The translations under genes were made by a program, and so were the position numbers. The notes below the pieces were generated by a model. The model did not search any database. It was not told the DNA's origin and saw nothing but the letters and a program-made list of their open reading frames with translations. DNA of 64,000 nt from Actinomycetota bacterium (GTDB lineage Bacteria; Actinomycetota; JAHEXW01), in assembly GCA_025355855.1 (NCBI GenBank), contig JANXYU010000035.1:20604-84603 (forward strand). The letters are read 5' to 3'. Each line of letters starts with the position of its first letter. The first letter of the stretch is position 1. This document shows, one piece after another, positions 48,510 to 58,543 of the stretch.

Positions 48510-49385
48510 GTGACCACCGCAGGCGGACCGGCGGTAACGCTTAAATCAGCAATTTCGGGAGAATACATATACATGTTGCTCACATGGGCCGATTCGACGA
48601 ACGATAACGTGGATGAAGTGTGGCGATATGACGGCGCGACCTGGACGCAGGGCCCGATTGACGACGCCGTTGCCGTGTTCTGGAATATCGACGAGTCAAT
48701 CAACGGTTTCGACAGGAGCGGCTGCCGGGTCCTATGTCACGCGGTTAACGGCCAACCAGCGATGAGCCTGGTGGGGCCGGTAACGCCCACGGGGAAATGG
48801 AGCGGCGTCAAACAGCGAGGCGATATCTGGGATATGTCGTTGGGCATCAGCAATGTCAGAGGGGTAGGGAACGACTATTTCTTCGGCATCGACGAGGCCT
48901 ACGTTAAGAATCCGACGACCATCACGCCGGTGATCCGGCGCCGGCACGACGCCTATACCGCCCGGGCTCCCTTCGAGCTCAACAAGCGCGTCGATCCGGC
49001 CACCGGTAAAAACGTGCCGCGCTATCGTTTGCGCGCCGGCTTGACGACGACCACGACCCCTTACCCCCAGATCGACCAGGTTGAATTAATCACAGGTGAC
49101 ATGTCTTTCGCCGCCGGGGATACTATACCGTATGTCGTTTTCTATCCGCTTGACACACCGTGGGGCGGCAGTCGCGATGACTTGGTAGCTAAGGGCGTCT
49201 GGCTGGACGGACAGTGGACGGTTGAGTTCAAGCGTAAACTAGACACGGGTCACCCAGCGGACGATATAAAGTTCGTTAAAAAGGCGGGACAGACAAGCTA
49301 TTATGTATTTGACGTCGCGCTGTTTAACAGGACGATCAGCCAACATACCTATTCGGGACCAATTAGTCTGGAGATCAAACAATGA
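48510..49385 (+). CDS. DOMON-like family member 5 carrying a CX3CH heme-c-type motif (GCRVLCH); true start probably upstream (~48309-48336) at a non-ATG codon, giving a lipoprotein signal ...LLLFLSGC
   Basis: Family motifs VVDGRAGDPVWSSA, WNIDESINGFDRSGCRVLCHAVNG, WGGSRDDL, LDTGHPADDIKF; the in-frame upstream extension encodes KIVVIATLLLFLSGCGYAN. Confidence 0.65.
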   Translation: MTTAGGPAVTLKSAISGEYIYMLLTWADSTNDNVDEVWRYDGATWTQGPIDDAVAVFWNIDESINGFDRSGCRVLCHAVNGQPAMSLVGPVTPTGKWSGVKQRGDIWDMSLGISNVRGVGNDYFFGIDEAYVKNPTTITPVIRRRHDAYTARAPFELNKRVDPATGKNVPRYRLRAGLTTTTTPYPQIDQVELITGDMSFAAGDTIPYVVFYPLDTPWGGSRDDLVAKGVWLDGQWTVEFKRKLDTGHPADDIKFVKKAGQTSYYVFDVALFNRTISQHTYSGPISLEIKQ

Positions 49386-49401
49386 AGGCCGAATACCAAT
49401 A

Positions 49402-50556
49402 GTGAGACCCAAATACCTAAGTAGCATCGCGCTCAGTTTAATGTTAATCGCAGCGCTCGCCTCGACGGGTTGCGCGACGAAAACAGGCGCCGTTAAGGCG
49501 CCTACCAAGCTAACGGTAAAAGCGGTCAAGGTTGATACATCGCCCAAGCTGGACGGTCAGGGCAGTGATGCCGTATGGCGCCAAGCCAAGCCGGCCACTA
49601 TCCACACGAAGAATGGCGCGGATCTAGTCCTAAGAACCGTTTACACGGCGGACAGCATCTACTTTCTGGCGACATGGAAAGACTGGACTCCGCAAAAAGG
49701 CTTGCTGTATTGGGAGTATGACGGGCAAAAGTGGCATTCGAATCTAAACGAAGACGACAAAATCTCATTTATCTGGAATATCGACCGTTCCATCGACGGT
49801 TTCGACAAGACCGGCTGCGCGGCCATCTGCCACAAGGGACCGGAAGGTCGCGACGAGATGGCTGTCTTTGGACCGCCCAAACAAAGCGGGAAAGTCTGGC
49901 CCGGATATAAAGAAAAAGCAGACGCCTGGAAATGGGCGCCCGGTGTGATGAGTGAGAAGCACGTTGTTGACGATGGGCTGTTTAGTGCGGGCCGCGAAGC
50001 CTTAGCGCGCCCGGAGATGCAAACAAGATTTAAGTTGTCCCTTTTATTTGACGGGGGCGACCAGGGAACAAAACAATGGTGGACACGCAACCCGAACGCA
50101 GCCGGCGGGATGCACGGTGATGAGGAAGAAGAGAACGAGACGCCGGGCAGTTTTAAACCGACGTATATGCCCAAGCCGGGCTATGATCTAAGCAAGCACC
50201 CTTTCCCGAACGCTCGCGATATGGTGCCGATCACGGACTACTCGATCTTCAAAGCGGGCGACAAGGTGCCGTTGGTAATGTACTTCGATCTGACAACCGC
50301 GAAGAATAAGATAGACTTTCCCGCTGGGCGGCCCTCCGGCAGCCGGGTCGATCTATCCGGGCAAGCGGTTTATAAGGACGGGCATTATACTCTCGAGTTC
50401 GGGCGTAAGCTTGATACCAAGCACAACGACGACGTCCAGTTCCGGCCGCAGAGCGGTCGGGCGGTGGCTGAGAATGTCTTTGGGGTGGCGCTCTTTAACG
50501 ACACCCGCTACGGTCATACCACCAGCGATCCCGTGACCTTAACCCTAGAACCGTAG
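49402..50556 (+). CDS. DOMON-like lipoprotein family member 6 with a CX3CH motif (GCAAICH); the ORF-track start 49303 overlaps the previous gene and is unlikely
   Basis: GTG 49402 yields MRPKYLSSIALSLMLIAALASTGC (lipobox); motifs KLDGQGSDAVWRQAKPATI, WNIDRSIDGFDKTGCAAICHKGPEG, LDTKHNDDVQF. Confidence 0.65.
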   Translation: MRPKYLSSIALSLMLIAALASTGCATKTGAVKAPTKLTVKAVKVDTSPKLDGQGSDAVWRQAKPATIHTKNGADLVLRTVYTADSIYFLATWKDWTPQKGLLYWEYDGQKWHSNLNEDDKISFIWNIDRSIDGFDKTGCAAICHKGPEGRDEMAVFGPPKQSGKVWPGYKEKADAWKWAPGVMSEKHVVDDGLFSAGREALARPEMQTRFKLSLLFDGGDQGTKQWWTRNPNAAGGMHGDEEEENETPGSFKPTYMPKPGYDLSKHPFPNARDMVPITDYSIFKAGDKVPLVMYFDLTTAKNKIDFPAGRPSGSRVDLSGQAVYKDGHYTLEFGRKLDTKHNDDVQFRPQSGRAVAENVFGVALFNDTRYGHTTSDPVTLTLEP

Positions 50557-50557
50557 C

Positions 50558-51880
50558 ATGAAGAATACCATTTTGCTCTATTCGCCTCCGCCGGTTCTGG
50601 AGAAGCCCTCGACCCGGGCGCCTCTGGCCTTGCTGGCCATCGCCGGTCCGCTGACCGTCGCCGGCTATCGCGTGATAATTTTGCCTCGCGATCCGGCCGC
50701 CCATTCCGCCGTTTTCCAGGCCTTAGCCGGGGACATTCTATGTTATGGCCTGTCGGTCATGACGGGGCCGCAGATCAATATAGCGTTGGCCTCGACGCGA
50801 GCGTTTAAGGAGTGCTGCAGCGCGCCGGTCGTCTGGGGCGGTTGGCATCCGACAATATTCCCCGAACAAGTCGCCCGGCAGGCGGAGATTGATTTTGCCG
50901 TCGCCGGACGGGGTGAGGACGCATTCCTCGCGCTGGCAAAATGCTTGTCAGGAAAGATGTCTTACCGGGGCATTGAGGGTCTGGTTTTCGCGGCAGACGG
51001 TCGCCTGATTAATAACGGTATAGCGCGCGGTAAGGACATCAATGGGTATCCGCCGCTTGACTATGGTCTTCTGGAAATGGACAACTATATATTTGCCGAC
51101 GATATTGCGGCGCGCACCATCAATTATGTATCAAGCCGGGGCTGTCCGAAGAACTGCCCATCCTGCGCCCAGAGCCTGGTTAGCGGCGGAACTTGGCGAG
51201 CCTATACGCCGGCGCGCCTGGTGAATGAGGCTATCCGCCTGCGCGACAACTTTGGCATAGGTGGGATACTTTTTGACGACGCCAATTTCTTTGTCGACGG
51301 CGACCGGGCGCGCGATTTCGCTGCGGGATTGATTAACCGGCAGGCCGCTTTACATTGGGGGATGCCGACAGCGCGCCTGGAGGACGCTGTTGGCTTCAGC
51401 GATTTGTTTTGGGACCTGCTGCGTAATAGTGGTCTGCAAAGCGTTTTTGTCGGCCTCGAGCCGCGTTGCGGCGCTATCAGCCGAAGCCAGACAGACGTTT
51501 ATGGTGAGTTTCGTCCCGCGGTCGATGGTCTAGCCGGCACCTTAAACCGCCACGGCATCGCTCTAAAGCTGTCCATTCTGGTTGGATTTCCTCCGAGCGG
51601 CGTTTATAAGTGGACCTTTGAGGACGAACTGACTGCGGCTACACAGTTAATTGACTCCGCTATAACCGCCGGCGCCTCGGTCAGTCCATCGATATCCCTT
51701 TACCTGCCTTTTCCTCACGCGCCCTTGTACGATCTGGCCCTGAAGAGCGGCCTCAGGCCGCCGACTACCCTGGACGGATGGGGCAGTTGGGATCCCGGTT
51801 CCCAAGATATGCCCTGGGTTCCAACGGGAGCCAAAGAGAAGATAGGCAACCTCAATAACGTCTACTCGAGGACCTCCTGA
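50558..51880 (+). CDS. B12-binding-domain radical SAM enzyme (class B)
   Basis: N-terminal B12-binding-like Rossmann region; radical SAM cluster motif CPKNCPSC (CX3CX2C). Confidence 0.75.
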   Translation: MKNTILLYSPPPVLEKPSTRAPLALLAIAGPLTVAGYRVIILPRDPAAHSAVFQALAGDILCYGLSVMTGPQINIALASTRAFKECCSAPVVWGGWHPTIFPEQVARQAEIDFAVAGRGEDAFLALAKCLSGKMSYRGIEGLVFAADGRLINNGIARGKDINGYPPLDYGLLEMDNYIFADDIAARTINYVSSRGCPKNCPSCAQSLVSGGTWRAYTPARLVNEAIRLRDNFGIGGILFDDANFFVDGDRARDFAAGLINRQAALHWGMPTARLEDAVGFSDLFWDLLRNSGLQSVFVGLEPRCGAISRSQTDVYGEFRPAVDGLAGTLNRHGIALKLSILVGFPPSGVYKWTFEDELTAATQLIDSAITAGASVSPSISLYLPFPHAPLYDLALKSGLRPPTTLDGWGSWDPGSQDMPWVPTGAKEKIGNLNNVYSRTS

Positions 51881-53340
51881 TGACCGTGGACACCCGGACG
51901 GCGCGTCTACTTGATCCGCTGACTCGATTCATGCGTTGGCTTGAGGACCTGCCGATCTCTCTGCCTGGGGTACTTGCTTTCTATATTGTGATTGCGTTTA
52001 TCAGATCATATTTCGAAACGACGCTTTTACATCCCGGAATCTTCCTGGTAATTTGGTTCTTTTGGAACGCGTATTTCTGTTTCTGTTTCATCAGCGCCTC
52101 GTATATCGCCAGCATCGCCGCTCAGCGCCCGTCCCTCAAGACATTGCGGGCCTCGATGGCAATCGTCTGGCTCGTCATCATACCGCCGCTTTTTGACTAC
52201 TACCTTGTCGGCCGGCGTTTGCCCTATGACTACCTCTTTAGCCAGCAAATATTTAAGGCAGTCGTCGAATTCTTCACTGCGGGAACTGTCAGTGTCGGGA
52301 TGCGTCTGGAAGTCAGTTTGTATGTATTAGCCGTCACCGTCTACGTCGGTCTAATGGCGCGCTCATGGACGAGGGCGATAATATCGGGAATCATCTTCTT
52401 TTTTGTCGGCATAGTCTTGGTCGCTCAATATCCGGGACTGTGGGTGCCGCTCGCCAACTACGCCGCGCCGATGCTCCCCGACCGGCCTTATCAGCCGAGC
52501 TTTCTGTTGCTTTTATACCTGGTCTTAGCTATCGCGTTTTTAGCGATCGTTATGAGACGGCAGGATAAGGATTGGGCCGCCCGTATTGTCCGCGCAGTGA
52601 CGGCTCCCCCGTTGGGAATGGTTCTGCTAGCTTGTCTGACTGGTTTGGTCTTCGCTCGACAGACAATCATCCTGGCGCTCACTGGTCCCGTATATGCGGC
52701 TCTTAGCCTGATTACCGTCACTTTTTGTCTGGCCGCTGTGCGGTGGGCCGGGGTCGGTGACGGGCGCGGCAAGCCGTTGGTGCTTTGGGATTGGGCGGCG
52801 CTGGCCGCTGTCTTGGCTTTAGCGTTAGGTTATCTGATCAGCGGCATTTATGGCGTCATAGTTGTCGCCGTTTGGTTGTTCGTGGCTGCTGCGGCGAAGA
52901 TTCTAACTAGCGGTAAGCCGGCCGGCATTTACGGGCAAGCCGCGCTGACGTCGATATGGGTCTTATTGGCCTTTCTGTTCGGCGCCGTCGCGACTCGATA
53001 TCAACTTTTGCCGGAGCACTTATTTGAAATCGGGCGAGCGGCGGCTGTCGTCGCGATCGTCGCTGTCGGAGTTTGTCTCGGGCCGGCGCTAGTGGATGCC
53101 GGAAAAACAAAAAGACGGAGGCAAGAGGCCGGCCTGCTGGTCTGGTTTACGTTTCTCAGCCCGTTGTTCTTCAGCCAAGCGAAGCCGGTCCTATTCTTTA
53201 CCATCGGCGGCGCCAGTCTGGCCGCGCTTACGATTTGGCACGGGCGTTGGCCGCGGCTCGTTCAACCGCTCGGGTTAATGGTGGCGTTGGTGGCTTTTAT
53301 ATTCGGCTCCGGCCTGTTGGCGACCCCTATTGTGCTTTAG
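51880..53340 (+). CDS. Polytopic integral membrane protein (>=12 TM helices), function unknown
   Basis: Uniformly hydrophobic helices; 1-nt overlap with the upstream gene. Confidence 0.55.
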   Translation: MTVDTRTARLLDPLTRFMRWLEDLPISLPGVLAFYIVIAFIRSYFETTLLHPGIFLVIWFFWNAYFCFCFISASYIASIAAQRPSLKTLRASMAIVWLVIIPPLFDYYLVGRRLPYDYLFSQQIFKAVVEFFTAGTVSVGMRLEVSLYVLAVTVYVGLMARSWTRAIISGIIFFFVGIVLVAQYPGLWVPLANYAAPMLPDRPYQPSFLLLLYLVLAIAFLAIVMRRQDKDWAARIVRAVTAPPLGMVLLACLTGLVFARQTIILALTGPVYAALSLITVTFCLAAVRWAGVGDGRGKPLVLWDWAALAAVLALALGYLISGIYGVIVVAVWLFVAAAAKILTSGKPAGIYGQAALTSIWVLLAFLFGAVATRYQLLPEHLFEIGRAAAVVAIVAVGVCLGPALVDAGKTKRRRQEAGLLVWFTFLSPLFFSQAKPVLFFTIGGASLAALTIWHGRWPRLVQPLGLMVALVAFIFGSGLLATPIVL

Positions 53341-53414
53341 CGTCGATCTGTTTACGGCCCTGACGTGTGATAAAATAATATATATAGTTTTCCAAGGAGA
53401 TAACCGAACAAAAC

Positions 53415-54269
53415 ATGACATCTTCAACACAAGAACGGCGCTATGCTGTCGCCCTCGTCCGGTCCGTCCGGTGGCCGGAAACCATTCATTTCTTGATCAT
53501 GGGCGGCGCGGGCCTTCTGCTGGCGGGCCGCGTTATCGGTCAAGGTTGGGCTGTTATCCCTATTTCGTTGATCACGTTCTTTATCGTGGCTTGCCTATAT
53601 ATGTTCGCTTCGTTGGTGAATGATGCCAATGACGTCCCGGTAGACATTGTCTCTAATCCGGACCGTCCGATTGTCGTCGGTTTAATGACGCCGGCCGACG
53701 CGATGCGGGCCGCCTGGTTTTTCGCCGCCGCGGCTCTGATATTGGGGTTCTTTATCGCGTCCGAGGTGCGCTGGCTAGTCGCTCTGGGCTTGGTGTTGGC
53801 CTGGGTGTACTCGGCCCCGCCGATCCGGCTTCGACGGTATGTTTTGAGCTCACTCGTAATTGGCGGAGGATCCATGTTGGCTTTCCTAATCGGATATATG
53901 ACGATGGATTTCAGCCACAGCTGGGGTCTGCCGGTGTCAATCAAACTAGTCGCGTTGGTGATTCTCGTAGCCTTCTCCGCCGGCCAGATGATTCGCGACC
54001 TGAAGGACTACGCGGGCGACAAGGCAGCGCGTATCACGACTTTGTTCACAATCTTTGGAAGGGAGCGCGGCAAACAGATAATGACAGGTTTGTTGGTGTT
54101 TTGCTTTCTGGTTCCATTAGTAATCCTGCACGGCTGGCCCGACGCGCTTGTTTACCTGACAGTCGGGGCCGCTTCGGTTTACTTCTTCCAGTTCAAGGAG
54201 GCTGTTGACCGCGTCATTCTGTTGTCTTCCGTGGTCTCCCTTTACACAGTAGTAAGGCTGTTGACCTGA
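53415..54269 (+). CDS. UbiA-family aromatic/isoprenoid prenyltransferase
   Basis: NDANDVPVDIVSNPDRP (UbiA NDxxDxxxD motif); ~8 TM helices; second Asp-rich region around DLKDYAGD. Confidence 0.8.
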   Translation: MTSSTQERRYAVALVRSVRWPETIHFLIMGGAGLLLAGRVIGQGWAVIPISLITFFIVACLYMFASLVNDANDVPVDIVSNPDRPIVVGLMTPADAMRAAWFFAAAALILGFFIASEVRWLVALGLVLAWVYSAPPIRLRRYVLSSLVIGGGSMLAFLIGYMTMDFSHSWGLPVSIKLVALVILVAFSAGQMIRDLKDYAGDKAARITTLFTIFGRERGKQIMTGLLVFCFLVPLVILHGWPDALVYLTVGAASVYFFQFKEAVDRVILLSSVVSLYTVVRLLT

Positions 54270-54270
54270 C

Positions 54271-55662
54271 ATGAAATTAGTGATCATTGTTCCGGCACCC
54301 AAAGATGTTCCTTCCCCCTGGTTCGGCCTACCGCTGCGGGCGCCGGGAGGCGGGCCGATGTCTGCTTGGCCGCCGCTGAACGCGATGTTGCTAGCGGCTT
54401 TATGCCCGCCGGATGTCGACGTTTCGATCATCGATGAATACGTGGACCGAGCTGACAATAATTTACAAGCTGATCTGGTGGCGATCTCCGTCTTAACGGC
54501 GGCTGCGCCGCGTGCCTACGAGTTGGCTGACCTTTTTCGGGCGAGAGCCATACCTGTAGTCTTGGGCGGGCCTCATGTTACCGGCGCTCCCGAAGATGCC
54601 GCGGCCCATGCCGACGCGATCGTGGTCGGGGAGGGCGAATCTGTTTGGCCAAACATAATCGCTGACGCCAGCGCCGGGTCACTCAAACCTGTTTATGTCG
54701 GGGAGCCGTTAACTGATCTTAGCGGCCTGCCGTTGCCTCGCTGGGATCTAGTGAAGCGCGAACGATATATCGTGCCCGACATCATCGGCATTTCCCGAGG
54801 ATGCACTAATTCTTGCGACTTCTGCTATTTGAACACTCAGTATAAGGCGCCGTACAGGTTGCGGCCGATCCCCGAGGTCATTGCAGAGATAAAAGCTATG
54901 CCGCCGGGGCGGTTCATGTTTCTGACCGACGACAATTTGGCCGCGGACCTGGCCTATGCCAAAGAGCTTCTTCGGGCGATGATCCCATTGAAGCGGCGCT
55001 GGCTGGGTCAAGCCACGAACGAGGTCACGGAGGACGACGAGTTGATGGAACTGCTGGCGCGCAGCGGTTGTCACACTCTGCTGTGGAACGCGAGATCATT
55101 CGCTACGGCCAAGGCTAAGAGCGATTTGAGCCAAACCGAAGAGGTCGCGTTCTATCGTCGGGCGGTTACACGGTTTCATCATTATGGAATCGCGACGGCG
55201 GCGACGATTATAGTGGGTGCTGAGGATTCAAAGAGAGATGTCGATGACGTGGTCTGGCCTTTCATTAAAGGCTGCGGTTTTGTCATGCCCTATGCATTTA
55301 TGATGACTCCCTTGCCCGGGACGCCGCTGGAACGCCGTTTACGCCGAGACGGTCGGCAAATGGACACCGACTGGGGCAAATACGATTTTTTCCACAGCGC
55401 TTTCGCGCCCCTAACCCAAACAAATGCCGAGGTCGAGACCATTTACGCCGACCTAATCAGGAAGATTCACGCGCCTGGTCAAATGGTGCGGCGGGGCATC
55501 CTTGGCACCTCGGTAATACTTCGCAGTCTGCGCTGGCAGCCCCGCGGTCCCGTCGCCCTCTGGGGCGATTTTCGCGTGTCGCTTCGATTTTTCCGTCTAT
55601 ATGTTAGACATGGCCGTGAACTTGTTCGCCGCCTCGGCCACCGCGGGGAGGGCAACGGCTAA
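54271..55662 (+). CDS. B12-binding-domain radical SAM enzyme (class B), paralog
   Basis: CTNSCDFC (CX3CX2C) after a B12-binding-like N-terminal region. Confidence 0.75.
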   Translation: MKLVIIVPAPKDVPSPWFGLPLRAPGGGPMSAWPPLNAMLLAALCPPDVDVSIIDEYVDRADNNLQADLVAISVLTAAAPRAYELADLFRARAIPVVLGGPHVTGAPEDAAAHADAIVVGEGESVWPNIIADASAGSLKPVYVGEPLTDLSGLPLPRWDLVKRERYIVPDIIGISRGCTNSCDFCYLNTQYKAPYRLRPIPEVIAEIKAMPPGRFMFLTDDNLAADLAYAKELLRAMIPLKRRWLGQATNEVTEDDELMELLARSGCHTLLWNARSFATAKAKSDLSQTEEVAFYRRAVTRFHHYGIATAATIIVGAEDSKRDVDDVVWPFIKGCGFVMPYAFMMTPLPGTPLERRLRRDGRQMDTDWGKYDFFHSAFAPLTQTNAEVETIYADLIRKIHAPGQMVRRGILGTSVILRSLRWQPRGPVALWGDFRVSLRFFRLYVRHGRELVRRLGHRGEGNG

Positions 55663-56837
55663 TGCGTTTATCCATCCCTACGAGCTGGGATAACAAACTT
55701 ATCACGGGCGTGACCGGCTTGCCGGTGACGGATGTCTACGGGAAGTTGGCCCGCGATGTTGTCGGCGGGGCGCGCTATCCGTATTGGCTGCCGCACGTAT
55801 CCGGAGCCGGAGCGGAGGCCCACATCAAGCTGGCCAGGGACGCCGGTATCGCTTTCAATTACGTTATCAACGCGACCTGCTTGGGTGGCGAAGAGAAGAA
55901 CCCGGAATACCGCCGCTCGGTTATCGAACTGCTGGATTGGATCAACGATCAAGGGGTTGAGATCATCACGGTCTCGTCCGTCTGGCTGCTCCGTCTGGCT
56001 AAGGAACTTTACCCGCGTCTTCGGGTCGCGACGTCGGCTTTCCAGCAGGTCCGATCGCTGGAGAAAGCCAAACAATTCGAGGCTCTGGGGGCGGACATAA
56101 TCACCATCCAGGACGCCAACCGCGACTTCCGACTACTTGAATCGTTGCGGCAGGGGCTGAACTGCGATATTCAGATGGTTGTCAACAATTCCTGTATCTT
56201 TAACTGTCCTTTCGAGTACGCGCACGGCAACACCATGAGCCACAGCTCCCAGACAGGCCATCGGAACAATGGCTATGTTGTCGACACGGCGGTGTTTGCC
56301 TGCGCCAACACGAAGTTCGCCGACCCGGTTGAGTTGATCCGGTCGCGGTGGATCCGCCCCGAGGATCTGAAGACGTATGAAGATATCGGCTTGGATCACT
56401 TCAAGCTGGTGGATCGCAACATGCCGACGGATCGTCTGATCGAGATCACCAAAGCCTATGCCGCGCGCCGTTGGGACGGCGACCTCCTGGACCTGCTGGT
56501 ATTTCCGCCGCGAGATTTTCCGCTTAAGTTCGGTACACCGCACCGGTTTAGGTATTTCCTAAGGAACTGGCGGCAGGCCAATCCACTGAAACTTCTGAGC
56601 CGCGTGACGTCCAAGGTGTCGGAATCGGTCGACCCGATCAGCATCGATAATAACCAGCTGGACGGGTTCCTGGAGCATTTTCGTAACATCGACTGCGCGG
56701 CTATCGATTGCGACACCTGCGGCTACTGCCGGCGCGTCGCCGACCAAGTGATGACGATCGACGAGACTGTAGTCCGCGACCAGCTGAAGGCGTACGACGA
56801 GATCCGCCATAACCTGACGGACGGCAAGATATTCTAG
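55662..56837 (+). CDS. Putative U32-family (UbiU/UbiV-like) Fe-S protein, TIM-barrel-type
   Basis: Alternating beta/alpha N-terminal region with Y.INATC..EE (U32-like Y-x-G-E-x-x-C context); Cys cluster CIFNCPF ... DCAAIDCDTCGYC. Confidence 0.4.
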   Translation: MRLSIPTSWDNKLITGVTGLPVTDVYGKLARDVVGGARYPYWLPHVSGAGAEAHIKLARDAGIAFNYVINATCLGGEEKNPEYRRSVIELLDWINDQGVEIITVSSVWLLRLAKELYPRLRVATSAFQQVRSLEKAKQFEALGADIITIQDANRDFRLLESLRQGLNCDIQMVVNNSCIFNCPFEYAHGNTMSHSSQTGHRNNGYVVDTAVFACANTKFADPVELIRSRWIRPEDLKTYEDIGLDHFKLVDRNMPTDRLIEITKAYAARRWDGDLLDLLVFPPRDFPLKFGTPHRFRYFLRNWRQANPLKLLSRVTSKVSESVDPISIDNNQLDGFLEHFRNIDCAAIDCDTCGYCRRVADQVMTIDETVVRDQLKAYDEIRHNLTDGKIF

Positions 56838-56839
56838 GG

Positions 56840-57814
56840 GTGACCATCAAGCGTTTATTTGTCGAAACCAATTGGGACGATGCGCTGCTGCCGGAGGTGG
56901 CCGGTACTTCCTGCCGCGGCATGTTCGGCCGTCCGGCCGGCGGTGTTCTGACGGAGGCGGCAGCCGGGCACATCCGGACCGTTAAGCGCGGCGGTCTTGC
57001 GTTCAGCTATGCCTTGGATGAGCTTTGTCTCGACAATCGTGAGCTCACGCGGGAGGGCAATCGGCGGCTGCGGCAACTGCTGGATAAGCTGGCGGCTCTG
57101 GAGGTGGACGAGGTGATCGTGTCTTCGTTCTTCTTGCTAGAGCTGATCAAGGACAAGTATCCGTCCCTGGCGGTCGTCATGTCCGATACTGTCGCCTTCG
57201 ACAGCGTCCAGCGGGTGCGTGAGTTTATGCAGCTGGGGGCACGCTACGTCTGGTTGCGCGACATGAATCGTGATTTTAAACAGCTCAAGACGCTCGCCGG
57301 CACGTCGCCCGGAGTCTGCCGTCTGGTCGCGAATCGCGCCTGCGGCTTCGATTGCGCGTTGGCCATTACCCACTCCAACGAGCGTTCCCATACCAGGGAC
57401 GATCACACGGGGACGGACCTTTTGGTAGCGGATTTATGCGTTCAAAGAATGCTGCGCGAACCGGCCGCTCTTATGAAAGCGCGTTGGATCAGGCCCGAGG
57501 ATCTGGAATTCTACGCGACCCGCGGTTTCTCTGATTTTGTGATTTATGCGCCGACCCCGGAGACGGTCCGGATAGTTGATGCCGTGCGAGCCTACGACTC
57601 GGCTGAATCTCCTGCCAACCTGTTGGACATCCTCAGCCTGCCAGACGACGTAAGATTTGACCAGGTACGACAGGCCGTGCAGCTGGATACCGCGCAGCTG
57701 GAAGATTTTGTCCAGGGATTCGGCGACAAGGATTGCCGACGGGCGGACTGCGACGTCTGCGGCTACTGCTCCGCTGCCGCGGCTGCCGCGGTGCGGCCGC
57801 GCTCGGCCAAATGA
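56840..57814 (+). CDS. Putative U32-family (UbiU/UbiV-like) protein, paralog of 55662-56837
   Basis: Colinear with the upstream gene (FSYALDELCLDNRE, CGFDCALAITHSNE, DCRRADCDVCGYC). Confidence 0.4.
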   Translation: MTIKRLFVETNWDDALLPEVAGTSCRGMFGRPAGGVLTEAAAGHIRTVKRGGLAFSYALDELCLDNRELTREGNRRLRQLLDKLAALEVDEVIVSSFFLLELIKDKYPSLAVVMSDTVAFDSVQRVREFMQLGARYVWLRDMNRDFKQLKTLAGTSPGVCRLVANRACGFDCALAITHSNERSHTRDDHTGTDLLVADLCVQRMLREPAALMKARWIRPEDLEFYATRGFSDFVIYAPTPETVRIVDAVRAYDSAESPANLLDILSLPDDVRFDQVRQAVQLDTAQLEDFVQGFGDKDCRRADCDVCGYCSAAAAAAVRPRSAK

Positions 57815-58419
57815 ACCAGCGCGATCTCGGTTCCTGCAAACAGCGGACGCATGGACTCGGCGGTCTCCAAACCGGCGCGGCGTACCAATCCGTCTAGGCC
57901 GACCTCCAGAAAGACAAAGAAGCTGGGCTCTTCTACGCGCCCAATCGTTTGTTTGAGCGCCCAGGTGCCTATTCTTGTGCGGGGCACGGCGAAGTCGGCC
58001 GCTACGATCGCCCGGCGCGTGACGCGCGCCATCTCTTTTAAGAAAGCCTCCGCGTCCGACAACGGCACCTCGTGCAACGCTAACGAAATAAAGCTGACAT
58101 CAAAACTGTTGTCAGGAAAGGGTAGGTCGGTCGCGTCCGCCTGGCGCAGATCCGCTCCGGTGCCGCGCAGACGGCGGGCTGCTCGTTCCAGCATCGCCGG
58201 AGACAAGTCGACCAACGTTACCGCCGCGTCATGCCGGGTCAAGCGTACCGCCAGGCTGCCCGTGCCACCTGCTACGTCCAACACGCGATCGCCTGGTTGC
58301 AGCCGGGCGATAGTCGCCATGCGGTTCCACGTTCGCCACATAAATGGCGTAACCAGACCGTAAACCTTGGCCAAATGGTCGAATCTGTCAATAATCTCGG
58401 TCTTGTCTCCAGCCGGCAT
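57763..58419 (-). CDS. Class I SAM-dependent methyltransferase (UbiE/MenG-like)
   Basis: Motif I VLDVAGGTGSLA; convergent with the upstream + genes; fills the only + strand coding gap of this region. Confidence 0.7.
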   Translation of the reverse strand: MPAGDKTEIIDRFDHLAKVYGLVTPFMWRTWNRMATIARLQPGDRVLDVAGGTGSLAVRLTRHDAAVTLVDLSPAMLERAARRLRGTGADLRQADATDLPFPDNSFDVSFISLALHEVPLSDAEAFLKEMARVTRRAIVAADFAVPRTRIGTWALKQTIGRVEEPSFFVFLEVGLDGLVRRAGLETAESMRPLFAGTEIALVHLAERGRTAAAAAAEQ

Positions 58420-58543
58420 GCGTGCGACTCCTTTAGACCCTTGCGTGTTGCGCCACCATTGGCAACATTATACGTCACGGGCGCTTTCGGTCTACGTTCA
58501 GTGTGCTTGGCGATGAACCGTTTGACCTGATAGAATTAAATCT

